Shown in pieces: positions 14,401 through 54,600 of a stretch of DNA of 64,000 bases. Every line of letters begins with the position of its first letter. Positions within the stretch are counted from its first letter, which is position 1. The translations under genes and the position numbers were made by a program. The notes under the pieces are model-generated. The model made no database searches. It had not been told where the DNA came from and was given only the letters and a program-made list of their open reading frames with translations. Origin of the DNA: Octopus vulgaris (lineage: Eukaryota); contig OX597837.1 in NCBI GenBank assembly GCA_951406725.2, positions 10,974,001-11,038,000 of the forward strand, given 5' to 3'.

Positions 14401-17400
14401 GTATGTGTATATATGTATATATATATATGTGTGTATGTGTATATATGTATATATATATATGTGTGTATGTGTATATATGTATATATATATGTGTGTATGT
14501 GTATATATGTATATATATATGTGTGTATGTGTATATATGTATATATATATATGTGTGTATGTGTATATATGTATATATATATATGTGTGTATGTGTATAT
14601 ATGTATATATATATATGTGTGTATGTGTATATATGTATATATATATATGTGTGTATGTGTATATATGTATATATATATATGTGTGTATGTGTATATATGT
14701 ATATATATATATGTGTGTATGTGTATATATGTATATATATATATATGTGTATGTGTATATATGTATATATATATATGTGTGTATGTGTATATATGTATAT
14801 ATATATATATATGTGTATGTGTATATATGTATATATATGTATATATGTTTATTTGTTTTGTGTTACGCTAAGAAGCAGTGCCGTGTAGATTAGCCTCTGT
14901 GTCTTCATGGTGGACAGATTGGCATGTAACCACTAAATTAAAGGAATGTAAACGTACCAACACCAACTGTCAAGCATTGGTGGAGGACAAAGACACACAC
15001 ACATACACATGATAGGCTTCTTTTAGTTTCTGTCTGTGATCCACTCACAAGGCTCAAGTTGGAGACCAAGGTTTTAGTAGAAGGCACTTGCCCAGGGTGC
15101 CATGCAGTGGCACTGAACCTGGATCTTTGTGATTACGAAGCAATCTTCTTATCACACAACTGTACATGTGTTCAACAACTTCTTTCAGTTTCTGTCTCCC
15201 GAATCCACTCATGAGCCTTTGATTGGCCTTGGGTTATAGAAGTAGAAAACACTTGTCCAAAGTGCTACACAGTGGAACTGAAACCTGAATCCACTTGGTT
15301 GTGAAGTGAACTTCTTTAACCGCACAGCCCTGCCTGCACTTATTGAACCTGAAACCATGGGGTCATGAGGCAAACTTCCTATATATCTGGCATAAAAAAC
15401 TACTTCCTCCCCTTTCAAATACTTTCAGACCTCATTTAGCTGAAAGGGTTTTTTTTTTTCCTTTTTTTTGTTTTGCAAGTTGTTTGGTGACCCCACTGGT
15501 GTTGGTGCCACAAAGAAAAAGCACCCAGTACAATCTATGAAGAAGGTTCTCCAGCTGTAGAAACCATAGCAAAGCTGATACTGGAGCTTGATGTGGACCT
15601 TGGGCCCATTGGATCCTGTCAAACTGTCCAACACATGCAAGCATGGAACATGGACATTTGATGATGATATGTGTGTGTATATATATATATACGTAAAAAG
15701 CACCATCCGATCGTGGCCGTTGCCAGCCTCGCCTGGCCCCCGTGCCGGTGGCATGTAAAAAGCACCATCCGTCAGTGGGCGTTTGCCAGCTCCGTCTGGC
15801 ACCTGTGCGGGTGGCACGTAAAAAGCACCCACTACACTCACGGAGTGGTTGGCGTTAGGAAGGGCATCCAGCCGTAGAAACACTGCCAGATCAGACTGGG
15901 CCTGATGCAGCCTTCTGGCTTCACAGACCCCAGTTGAACCATCCAACCCATGCTAGCATGGAAAGCGGACGCTAAACGATGATGATGATGATATGTATGT
16001 ATGTGTGTATATATATAAATATATATGTATGTGTGTGTATATATATATATACACACATACATACATAGATATATCATTCTCATCATTATTGTTTAACATC
16101 CATTTTCAATGCTGGCATGGGTTAGATGGCTTGACTGGAACTGGTAAGCCAGAGAGCTGCACCAGGTTCCAGTCTGATTTGGCATGGCTTCTTGCCCTTC
16201 CTAATGCCATATGTCTGTATACGTCTGTGTCTTTTGATAATAATGTCAGTGACAACCCTCCCTACTTACACATACTATCTGGCTGTCTTTCTTTCTTTCC
16301 TGATCCCTTTTGGTTGGAATTTTACTATCTTTCTTATTTTTCCCCCTTTTTTCCATTTTCAGAAAGAAAAGCTCTACATTTGTATTCGTCCCCTCTGTGT
16401 GGCCAATAAAGAAAGTTACCTATCTATCTCTGTTTTTTTTTTCCCTGCAGCTCTGTCTGTTTATGCTGGAGTGGTTATCTCGTGCTGATTACATCAACAT
16501 CAACCTCTTGGCATCGGTATGCAAGGACAGCTTATTAAATCTCTACAACAACACCTGTGGTGTCAACAGTGGTGAGATGCAGCTGGTGCACTCAAAGTGT
16601 CGCAAGGTAAGTGCACATTAAAACCTCTCAGTAACAGGGTTCTGTTGTGGCCTAACCCCAGATCAGCAGCTCTAATCCAGTAACTCTATGGTCTTAGATG
16701 ATCTCGTTAAAACCAGCCAGTCTTTTATTTTCGTTCTCTCGGTCCTTTATTATTATTGTTCTCTTGGTCCTTTAGTTTCTCAACATCTTCCTACATGTCC
16801 ATGAGAACTAGTTTATCAGTCATGTATTTAGTGGTTTTTATACTCTTTTACTTGTTTCAGTCTTTTGACTGTGGCCATGCTGGAGCACCGCCTTTAGTCG
16901 AGCAAATCGACCCCCAGGACTTATTCTTTTGTAAGCCCAGTACTTATTCTATTGGTCTCTTTTGTCGAACCGCTGAGTTACGGGGACATAAACACACCAG
17001 CATCGGTTGTCAAGCGATGTTGGGGGGGGGGGATGTGACCTCGTGTGTACCGTTGGCGATTTTTTTTCCTCTGGATTTTCCTTCTATGTTTCCGACGAAG
17101 AGCTCCGCTCAAAACGTTATATCTCCTTCTTTCCCGAGTGTCCAATAATACTATATTTGTTCCATGTCCTCGCGTTGTTGTGTTTTTTTGTGCTTTCTTG
17201 TTTGGATTAACTATATATACATATACATATATACGACGGGCTTCTTTCAGTTTCCATCTACCAAATCCACTTACAAGGCTTTGGTCGGCCTGAGGCTATA
17301 GTAGAAGACACTTGCCCAAGGTGCCACACAGTGAGACTGAACCTGGAACCATGTGGTTCGTAAGCAAGCTACTTACCACACAGCCACTCCTACACCTATG

Positions 17401-18144
17401 TTTGTATTTATTTGTTTTCCTGCATAGTGAGACCAACCGTTCCAAATGTGAATCCCAGAAGAGAACCCATGGCTTTGCCAGCTTTTGTTTTCTATAATTT
17501 GACTTGAGGGAAGCAGAAAGGGACTTCAGTTGTGCAGGTTATACTTTGTATCTACTGAATTTCATACTTTAGTTTAGCCAAGTTTGTGAGAGAAGATACT
17601 GGCCCAAGATACTGTGCTTTAGGATCTTCTAGTTGTTGAAGTAAACTTATTAACCACACCAATTCGTAAATTTATAATTTTTTTTTCTCTCATAACGATT
17701 AATCTTATTTTTCAGATAATTAGAATCCTGGAGAAGCTAACCGTCTACAAAACCATTCTCCCCTCCTCTGTTGCTCAACCGATTCCAGACGACAACTCTC
17801 GTGATAAACCTGTCAGCGGTGAACATATGATGACAGAGTCCTTATCGAAAAATGGGAACTTTTACGGCAGTGAGGCTGACGGCGAAGAAAACTGCTCGGA
17901 TGACAAAATGAAAGCATCATCGATTTTCCACTTCATCCATGACGAAGAAATGAAAAACGGAGTAAACAAAGAATTAGAGAAAACTGCAGACTATTCTAAC
18001 GACCAGAGTCCCAAACAGCCGGTCGAGATCGGCCTCAAGGCCGCAGTGACGGACAATGAACTCAGTGATGTATCATCACAACCCTCGGTGGGGTCAGAAT
18101 TCTCCTTGCTCAATGAAGATTCCTTAGAGGTCAATGAAAGCTGA
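2534..18144 (+). CDS. TEPSIN: AP-4 complex accessory subunit tepsin (ENTH + VHS-like domains), 11 coding exons in window, first exon not located
   Basis: Exons 2534-2606, 3632-3723, 4378-4471, 6426-6493, 7190-7268, 8556-8630, 11438-11626, 12585-12759, 13475-13676, 16451-16606, 17716-18144. All have AG/GT boundaries with matching phases (1632 nt, 543 aa + TGA). Peptides [50 protein letters not shown] and [11 protein letters not shown] match tepsin/ENTHD2 as I recall it. Confidence 0.93.
2607..3631 (+). other. U12-type (minor spliceosome) GT-AG intron
   Basis: 5' splice site GTATCCTTT at 2607; branch site CCCTTAAC at 3613-3620, about 10 nt before the AG at 3630-3631; no long pyrimidine tract. 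Confidence 0.9.
2702..3530. mobile_element. two short RTE 3'-end copies (2702-3000 minus; 3105-3530 plus); others near 15690, 21290, 25218, 34570, 38120, 39077, 41667
   Basis: same sequence as LINE 3' UTR 55430-55795, ending ...cggacgttaaacgatgatgatg. Confidence 0.78.
3632..3723 (+). CDS. TEPSIN: tepsin exon ([31 protein letters not shown])
   Basis: phase-compatible; gtaagt donor. Confidence 0.92.
4378..4471 (+). CDS. TEPSIN: tepsin exon ([31 protein letters not shown])
   Basis: tttttag / gtaagt; ENTH helices. Confidence 0.92.
4553..4940 (-). mobile_element. CR1-like LINE 3' fragment
   Basis: [16 protein letters not shown] motif; (ATT)n tail. Confidence 0.8.
5053..5493. repeat. about 200-bp-arm inverted repeat (Penelope-like), with a hammerhead motif in each arm
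   Basis: 5053-5256 is the reverse complement of about 5289-5493. Confidence 0.88.
5299..5343 (+). ncRNA. minimal type I hammerhead ribozyme motif
   Basis: TCTGTG CTGATGA AGGG-AAATAA-CCTG GAAA TTGTGA TT CACAGA. Confidence 0.65.
6426..6493 (+). CDS. TEPSIN: tepsin exon ([23 protein letters not shown])
   Basis: ttccag / gtaagt; conserved GPPDPLHG motif. Confidence 0.93.
7190..7268 (+). CDS. TEPSIN: tepsin exon ([26 protein letters not shown])
   Basis: ttttcag / gtaaga; phase-compatible. Confidence 0.85.
8556..8630 (+). CDS. TEPSIN: tepsin exon ([24 protein letters not shown])
   Basis: cttccag / gtaagt; GMG...GFG motif. Confidence 0.87.
10090..10900 (+). mobile_element. CR1-like LINE 3' end, tandemly duplicated
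   Basis: [37 protein letters not shown]; second copy 10553-10900. Confidence 0.82.
11438..11626 (+). CDS. TEPSIN: tepsin exon (linker region)
   Basis: tcaacag / gtaagg; open in required phase, 189 nt. Confidence 0.8.
12585..12759 (+). CDS. TEPSIN: tepsin exon ([15 protein letters not shown])
   Basis: ctccag / gttggt; conserved PGxAGGGWD motif. Confidence 0.87.
13475..13676 (+). CDS. TEPSIN: tepsin exon (start of VHS-like domain)
   Basis: ttag / gtaggt; DW..E..LV and F...C..LNCE pattern. Confidence 0.87.
13820..14847. repeat. about 1 kb minisatellite of roughly 30-bp (TA)n/(TG)n units
   Basis: direct inspection. Confidence 0.95.
16451..16606 (+). CDS. TEPSIN: tepsin exon (VHS-like domain)
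   Basis: ccctgcag / gtaagt; 52 codons ending KCRK. Confidence 0.85.
17716..18144 (+). CDS. TEPSIN: tepsin terminal exon
   Basis: ttttcag; IIRILEKL... to TGA; AATAAA near 18418. Confidence 0.85.
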   Translation: MIRILEKLTVYKTILPSSVAQPIPDDNSRDKPVSGEHMMTESLSKNGNFYGSEADGEENCSDDKMKASSIFHFIHDEEMKNGVNKELEKTADYSNDQSPKQPVEIGLKAAVTDNELSDVSSQPSVGSEFSLLNEDSLEVNES

Positions 18145-18963
18145 ATCAAGGTTTTCAGACCACTCCTGTGACAGGGAGCAAAGGGCGGTGTGCTTGGTTA
18201 AAGATTTCTAAACCAATAAGACCCATCTTTTTGTTCCTTTCATTGCTTGGACTTATTTTAAAACAGAGAAATGATAATTTATTGATATGATCCAGTATAT
18301 TACTGGTATGTATGAACTCTGGGAAAGAAAAAAAGAAAAAGACAAAACACTAACTAAAATCAACCCTCTTTTGATAGGGATTTGAAAACAGAGATGTGAA
18401 GGATTAAATCAGGGTGCAATAAAATATTTTACCTGACACAACACATTAAAGATCTCACACAACTACCACCACTACAACACATACTACAATTTGCACAACC
18501 CACAGGTAAAACAGTCACTACACATCAAGATAACCCAACTACGCAAGCACCATACAACACTAAAAGACAACTCACAACACACAAAACTAAAAATATTGCA
18601 ACAAAATAACACAACTCTCGTTTTTTTACCTGTTCCAGTCGACTGCGGCCATGCTGGAGCACCACCTTTAGTTGAGCAAATTGATCCCAGGACTTATTCT
18701 ATCGATCTCTAAGTTACAGGGACGTAAACACACCAACATCGGTTGTCAGACACACACACACACAACAGGCTTCTTTCAGTTTCCCTCTACCAAATCCACT
18801 CACAAGGCTTTGGTCGGCCCAAAGCTATAGTAGAAGACACTTGCCCAAGGTGCCACGCAGTGGGACTGAACCTGGAACCATGTGGTTGGGAAGCAAGCTT
18901 CCTACCACACAGCCACTTCTGATACAATCTACACGACTCACATTGCATATAATCTCATCATCG

Positions 18964-19348
18964 TGGAGGCGCAATGGCCCAGTGGTTAGGGCAGCGGACT
19001 CGCAGTCGTAGGATCGCGGTTTCGATTCCCAGACCGGGCGTTGTGAGTGTTTATTGAGTGAAAACACCTAAAGCTCCACGAGGCTCCGGCAGGGGATGGT
19101 GGTGATCCCTGCTGTACTCTTTCACCACAACTTTCTCTCACTCTTACTTCCTGTTTCTGTTGTACCTGTATTTCAAAGGGCCGGCCTTGTCACTCTCTGT
19201 GTCACGCTGAATATCCCCGAGAACTACGTTAAGGGTACACGTGTCTGTGGAGTGCTCAGCCACTTACACGTTAATTTTACGAGCAGGCTGTTCCATTGAT
19301 TCGGATCAACCGGAACCCTCGTCGTTGTAACCGACGGAGTGCTTCCAT
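18964..19348 (+). mobile_element. tRNA-derived SINE family 3; copy at about 31330-31705 (-)
   Basis: tRNA-like head TGGCCCAGTGG...GGTTTCGATTCC followed by a non-tRNA body. Confidence 0.8.
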
Positions 19349-19741
19349 TCCAATCTCATCATCGTACATTACACGAGGAAAACTAAAATATCACAACAAA
19401 ATAACACAACTCATATTGTATATAATCTATACAACCCACATTTCATACTATATACACCACACAACTCACATTGCATACAATCTATGCAGCAAAACAAAAA
19501 TACCAGAAACAACAAAACAAACAAAAAGCAAATTAAATGTCAACGTAAGGCAGCAAGCTGGCAGAAACGTTAGCATGCCGGCCAAGGAGTGGCTGTGTGG
19601 TAAGTAGCTTGCTTACCAACCACATGGTCCCGGGTTCAGTCCCACTGCGTGGCATCTTGGGCAAGTGTCTTCTACTATAGCCTCAGGCCGACCAAAGCCT
19701 TGTGAGTGGATTTGGTAGACGGAAACTGAATGAAGTTCATC

Positions 19742-19776
<35 letters not shown>

Positions 19777-20647
19777 CGTGTTTGTCCCTCTAGCATTGCT
19801 TGACAACCGATGCTGGTGTGTTTATGTCCCCGTTACTTAGCGGTTCAGCAAAAGAGAAGTATAGAATAAGAACTGGGCTTACAAAGAATAAGTCCCGAGG
19901 TCAAGTTGCTCGACTAAAGGTGGTGCTCCAGCATGGCTGCAGTCAAATGACTGAAACAAGTAAAAGAGAGAGAGAGAGTAAGGTATTTCGTTTGACCTCA
20001 TGCTTTCATTGAGATAGGAGTGGCTGTGTGGTAAGTAGCTTGCTTACAAACCACATTGTTCCAGGTTCAATCCCACTGCATGGCACCTTGGGCAAGTGTC
20101 TTCTGCTATAGCCTCTCCAAAGAGCTGCGCCGAATCGTCTCATTCCAAATCCTGATCTACATCCCCAAAAGACTAAACTGTACCCTGTGCAGGAACATGC
20201 AAGCACTGCACCCTCAGCTCATGCAGTAAAAACTCACACGAATCTGTTGAAATCATGATTAAAACATCAGAAACCTGTATATTTTCACTTATCAAATATA
20301 TTGTTTTATATATCTCAGCCTTTTTTTTTTTTCTAGGGTTTCTAAGGAGTGGTTTTGAGGGTTTTAGCACTCACATTATTTCTTGTGCTCTGTGGTTGTC
20401 AATTTTATTGTTGTTTAGCCAAGGTCAGCCCTGATGAAACACACAACCAAAAGAGTTCTGGCGGTGGTAGCATCCTGTCTTTTATTCAGACATGGCATGG
20501 TGTATATTAAGGACTTCATTATCCATTATCCAATGGTACATTTCTTTTTTTTTATTTTCATCAGGACACGATGCAGGATTTGAAGGCTATTTGACTGCTG
20601 TTTCTTTCATGCTGAGCAACCACATAGTGGCTCCCTCATTTTGGTTA

Positions 20648-50220
<29,573 letters not shown>

Positions 50221-50793
50221 TTCTTTGCCTTTTTTAGCACTAATTAAATAAAACTCGGTCGGGCGGAATGAAAGTTCTCGCTAATTAAACATCAGCTGCG
50301 ATAAGATTCGGGAGTTATCTCCCTTCTACTAACCCCAAAACAACTACTTCTTCTTCTCCTCTTCCTCCTCCTCCTCCCTTCCCCATCCTCCCCTTTCCTT
50401 CTCCTTCGCCTACTCCTCCTTCTTCTTCTTCTCTCCCTCCTCCCCATTTCCTTCTTCTTCAGCCATAGGACCGTGGCCATGCTGGGGCACCGCTTTGAGG
50501 AGTTTTTTTTTAGCTGAACAAATCGATATCCGAGTACTGACTGTGTGGTAAGAAGCTTGCTTCCCAACAACATGGTTCCAGGTTCAGTCCCACTGCGTGG
50601 CATCTTGGGCAAGTGTCTTCTACAATAGCCCCGGGCCGACCAATGCCTTGTGAGTGGATTTCGTAGACAGAAACTGAAAGAAGCCCGTCGTATATGTATG
50701 TATAATAATAATATTAGGGAGTAAATCCAAACTTATAGGGATAAATTAGATTTAGGATTAAATCTAATTTTATAGTATAAATATATATATATA

Positions 50794-51054
50794 CAATTGC
50801 AGCGTGGAAGGTGTTTATAAGCCATTTAAGAAACACACAAAAGCCGTTCGATTCACTTCAACATTTAAGTTTAATTTGTCAAAATATTTTCGTCGCTAAA
50901 ATCCGCGACCTGTTCACTGACAAAAATCTGTGCTGCATCTGTCAGATTTTAGCGACGAAAATATTTTGACAAATTAAACTTAAATGTTGAAGTGAATCGA
51001 ACGGCTTTTGTGTGTTTCTTAAATGGCTTACAAACACCTTCCACGCTGCAATTG
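50794..51054. repeat. about 110-bp-arm inverted repeat element
   Basis: arms nearly perfect; related one-armed copy at about 44050-44250. Confidence 0.85.
50878..50921 (-). ncRNA. minimal type I hammerhead ribozyme motif with G3:C8 core
   Basis: GTCA GTGAACA G GTCGC-GGATTTTA-GCGAC GAAA ATAT TT TGAC. Confidence 0.6.
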
Positions 51055-51109
51055 TTTTCGTTTCAGCACACGATCTCAGATCAAATCACTTGCTATGCGA
51101 GTACATCCC

Positions 51110-51162
<53 letters not shown>

Positions 51163-51169
51163 TATATTA

Positions 51170-51633
51170 AATTAGAGATAAAACCACTGTTATGCAAATC
51201 AAACAGTGAAAATCATAAACCAATACGTAGAAATAAAATTAATTAATAAAAAATATATAAAATATAAAATTCAAAATTTAAAATATTTAAATTAAAGTTA
51301 AAATTAAAAAATTATTTAAATTAATAATTTATACTTATAAATTTTTAAATATATATATATATATATTCTTTATTATTATTTAATTAATTAATTAATTAAT
51401 TTTTTTTTAAGTATAACAATCAAAAAGTACTAAAAGTTTAATATGAGATAAATATATATATATTTAAAAATTTATAAGTATAAATTATTAATTTAAATAA
51501 TATTTTAACTTTAATTTAAATATTTACAATTTTGAATTTTATATTTTATATATTTTTTATTAATTAATTTTATTTCTATGTATTGGTTTATGATTTTCAC
51601 TGTTTGATTTGCATAATAGTGGTTTTATCTCTA
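51170..51633. repeat. AT-rich inverted repeat around a (TA)n core; related copy at 25830-26105
   Basis: tagagataaaaccact... / ...agtggttttatctcta. Confidence 0.8.
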
Positions 51634-54600
51634 CCATTACGTGTGTCTCTCCCTCCTACCCCTCCTCCTCACATGCTTTCACTGTGTACTACCCCCCCCC
51701 CCCACCAAGACAAGCTGCTAGCGCCGCAGCTCATCAACCGCTCCACTGATCTTACGTTTCCTCCTGTTTTGAATCTATCACTGCCTCAACTGGCTATCTC
51801 CTTCCAGTCCCCCCCGCCTCGTGATATCCTACGTTTTATTTCTTACGAACCTGCACCAACCCTTCCCTGTCATCGTTCCTCCTTACCCCAACCTTCCCCA
51901 CTGGTGCTTCCCTATATTACCTGCACCCCCCCACTATCTCTCCCTCTCTTCTCACTGGTGGAACCTTTCTCAGCTGGACCCCACCCAACTCAACTCTAGA
52001 ATATCTGTGTTTTTCCTCCTTACTACGCTGCCTAATTACGTTACTCAGTGACGATAACGAATTACCTTAATGCTTATGCCTACAACACTGCTAACACCAG
52101 CTCCTGCCCACAGCAGGGTCCACATGCCTACAATGCTTGAATGTTGTCAGGTCGGAAGAGAGATCAGAAGAAAAATGCCACGAAAACTATCACCACCACA
52201 ACAACCCTCCTCTTCTCAGGCCCTGAATTGCCCCCCCAACATCTCCTTTCCAGTTTTCAGAGTTGGCACTATCAATGTTGGTACATTGACAGGCAGGTCC
52301 AGTGAGATTGTAGAGATGCTAGAGAGAAGACAGGTTGATGTATGCTGCATACAAGAGGTAAGATGGAGAGGTGCTTCAGCTAGGGTCCTCACAGGCAAGG
52401 CACTTAGGTACAAACTCTTCTGGCAAGGTAACGTGGAAGGTGTAGGGGGTGTAGGCATTCTCCTTGCGGAGAAATGGGTGGATAAGGTCATAGAGGTTGT
52501 CAGGGTTTGCGATAGAGTGCTTAAGCTCAGGTTGGTCCTACAGAGTGGCACAGCTACGATTATCTCCGCCTATGCCCCACAAGCGGGACTACCAAATGAT
52601 CAGAAGGACAACTTTTATGATACCCTTCTACAGGCTACTTCAAAGACTAGTGGCAAGGACCTCATCTTTGTGGGTGGAGATTTTAATGGGCATGTTGGGC
52701 GGGAATCGGGTATCTTCACTGGGGTACACGGTGGCCATGGTATTGGCACCAGAAATGATGAGGGAACTAGACTGCTGGAATTCTGTGATGCATGTAACCT
52801 TTCAATCTGCAACACTAACTTCAAGAAGCCAGTCTGCCACCTTATAACCTATCAGTCAGGAGACTCCGCTAGCCAAATAGACTTCATCCTCACCAGACAG
52901 CGGGATGCAGGGTTGCTCTTGAATACAAAGACCCTCCCGGGTGAAGAATGTATCCCTCAGCATAGACTAATCATCAGTGACTTTAAGCTTGAGGCCAGAA
53001 GGACTCCAAGAAACAAACCAATCCAGAAAAGAAGGATTTGGAGGCTAAAGAACCCTTCACATGGTCAGAAATTTAGGGACATACTCATCAAGAAATTTGA
53101 TGAGAGGGAGGAGGAGCTTCAGACGTCAGACATAGAAGGTAGCTGAGAATTCCTACGGGACAGCTTGCTGAGTGCCACAGACCGAGTCTGTGGATGGTGC
53201 AAAGTCCCTTCCAGACCTAGAGTTACGTGGTGGTGGAATAGTGCAGTAGATAAAGCCATTAGTGCAAAGAGACGGGCCTGGAAAGCCTGGAGGGATGGGG
53301 GCAGCAGGGAACTGTACCAGGTAGCCAAAAGGGAGGCTGGGCGGCAGGTATACATAGCCAAAGATGTAGCAGAAAAGAAGAAGTTTGCCAATGTCCAGCG
53401 ACGCGAGGACCAAAGAGCTGAGGTATTTCGGATTGCCAGACAGTGTGTCAGAGAAAATAGTGATGTTACAGGAGAGAAATGTGTCCGCATGGATGATGGG
53501 GCACTTGCTTTTACTGTTAGTGAAAAGAAAGAGGCTTGGAGAAGCCATTATGAAAGACTGCTGAACGAGGAGAATGAATGGGAGGAGGAGAGCCTGCCAA
53601 ATGTTGACCCAGTAGAGGGACCAGCTACCCGAATAGACATCTCCCTTGTAGATAAGGCAATTAAGGATATGAAACCAGGTAAAGCCCCCGGCCCATCAGG
53701 AATCACTGCTGAGATGCTTAAAACAGCTGGCTATGTGGGCTATGGCATAGTCACCCGCATTGTAAACCAGGTAGTTCACAATGGAGTCATACCCAATGAC
53801 TGGCGCAGCAGCACCATAGTCAACTGCTACAAGGGTAAGGGTGATGCTCTAGATAGAAATAACTACAGGGGTATCAAACTGTTGGACCAGGTGATGAAGG
53901 TCTCAGAGAGGGTCATAACCCATCTCATTAGGGAGAGAATTTGCTTAGATGAAATGCAGTTCGGTTTTGTACCAGGTAGAAGCACCACTGATGCTATATT
54001 CCTGGTCCGACAACTGCAGGAGAAGTACCTAGCTAAAGATAAACCCCTCTACATAGCTTTTGTGGACTTGGAGAAAGCCTTTGACAGGGTTCCCCGTTCC
54101 CTTATCTGGTGGTCGATGCGGAAACTGGAGATTGACGAATGGCTAATAAGGGCTGTACAGGCTCTATACAGAGAGGCTGTCAGCAAGGTTAGGATTGGCA
54201 ACGAATATAGTGAAGAATTCCGGGTAGAAGTAGGTGTGCACCAGGGCTCAGCCCTCAGTCCCCTTTTATTCATCATAGTCCTCCAGGCAATAACAGAGGA
54301 ATTCAAAACGGGATGCCCCTGGGAGCTCCTCTATGCTGATGACCTAGCTCTCATAGCAGAATCACTACCGGAACTAGAAAAGAAATTTCGGGTGTGGAAG
54401 CAAGGGCTAGAATCAAAGGGCCTTAGAGTAAATGTAGCAAAAACCAAAGTAATAGTAAGCAGCAAGGCGTACTCAGCACACACCCCCTTGGGTAGGTGGC
54501 CCTGCTCAATTTGTAGGAAAGGTACAGGTAGAAACTCCATAAGATGCACCCAATGTAAGCTATGGACGCATAAGAGGTGCAGCAACATTAAAGGGAAATT

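Noticed and set aside
13718-14893. Long ORFs rich in Y/I/C/V/M (also at 144-771, 43405-44120, 46151-46671, 59199-59934)
   Set aside because: Translations of (TA)/(TG) microsatellites, open in several frames; not genes.
18964-19040. tRNA-like sequences (also 37583-37655)
   Set aside because: They continue into a SINE body shared by other copies and lack a proper acceptor stem; these are SINE heads, not tRNA genes.
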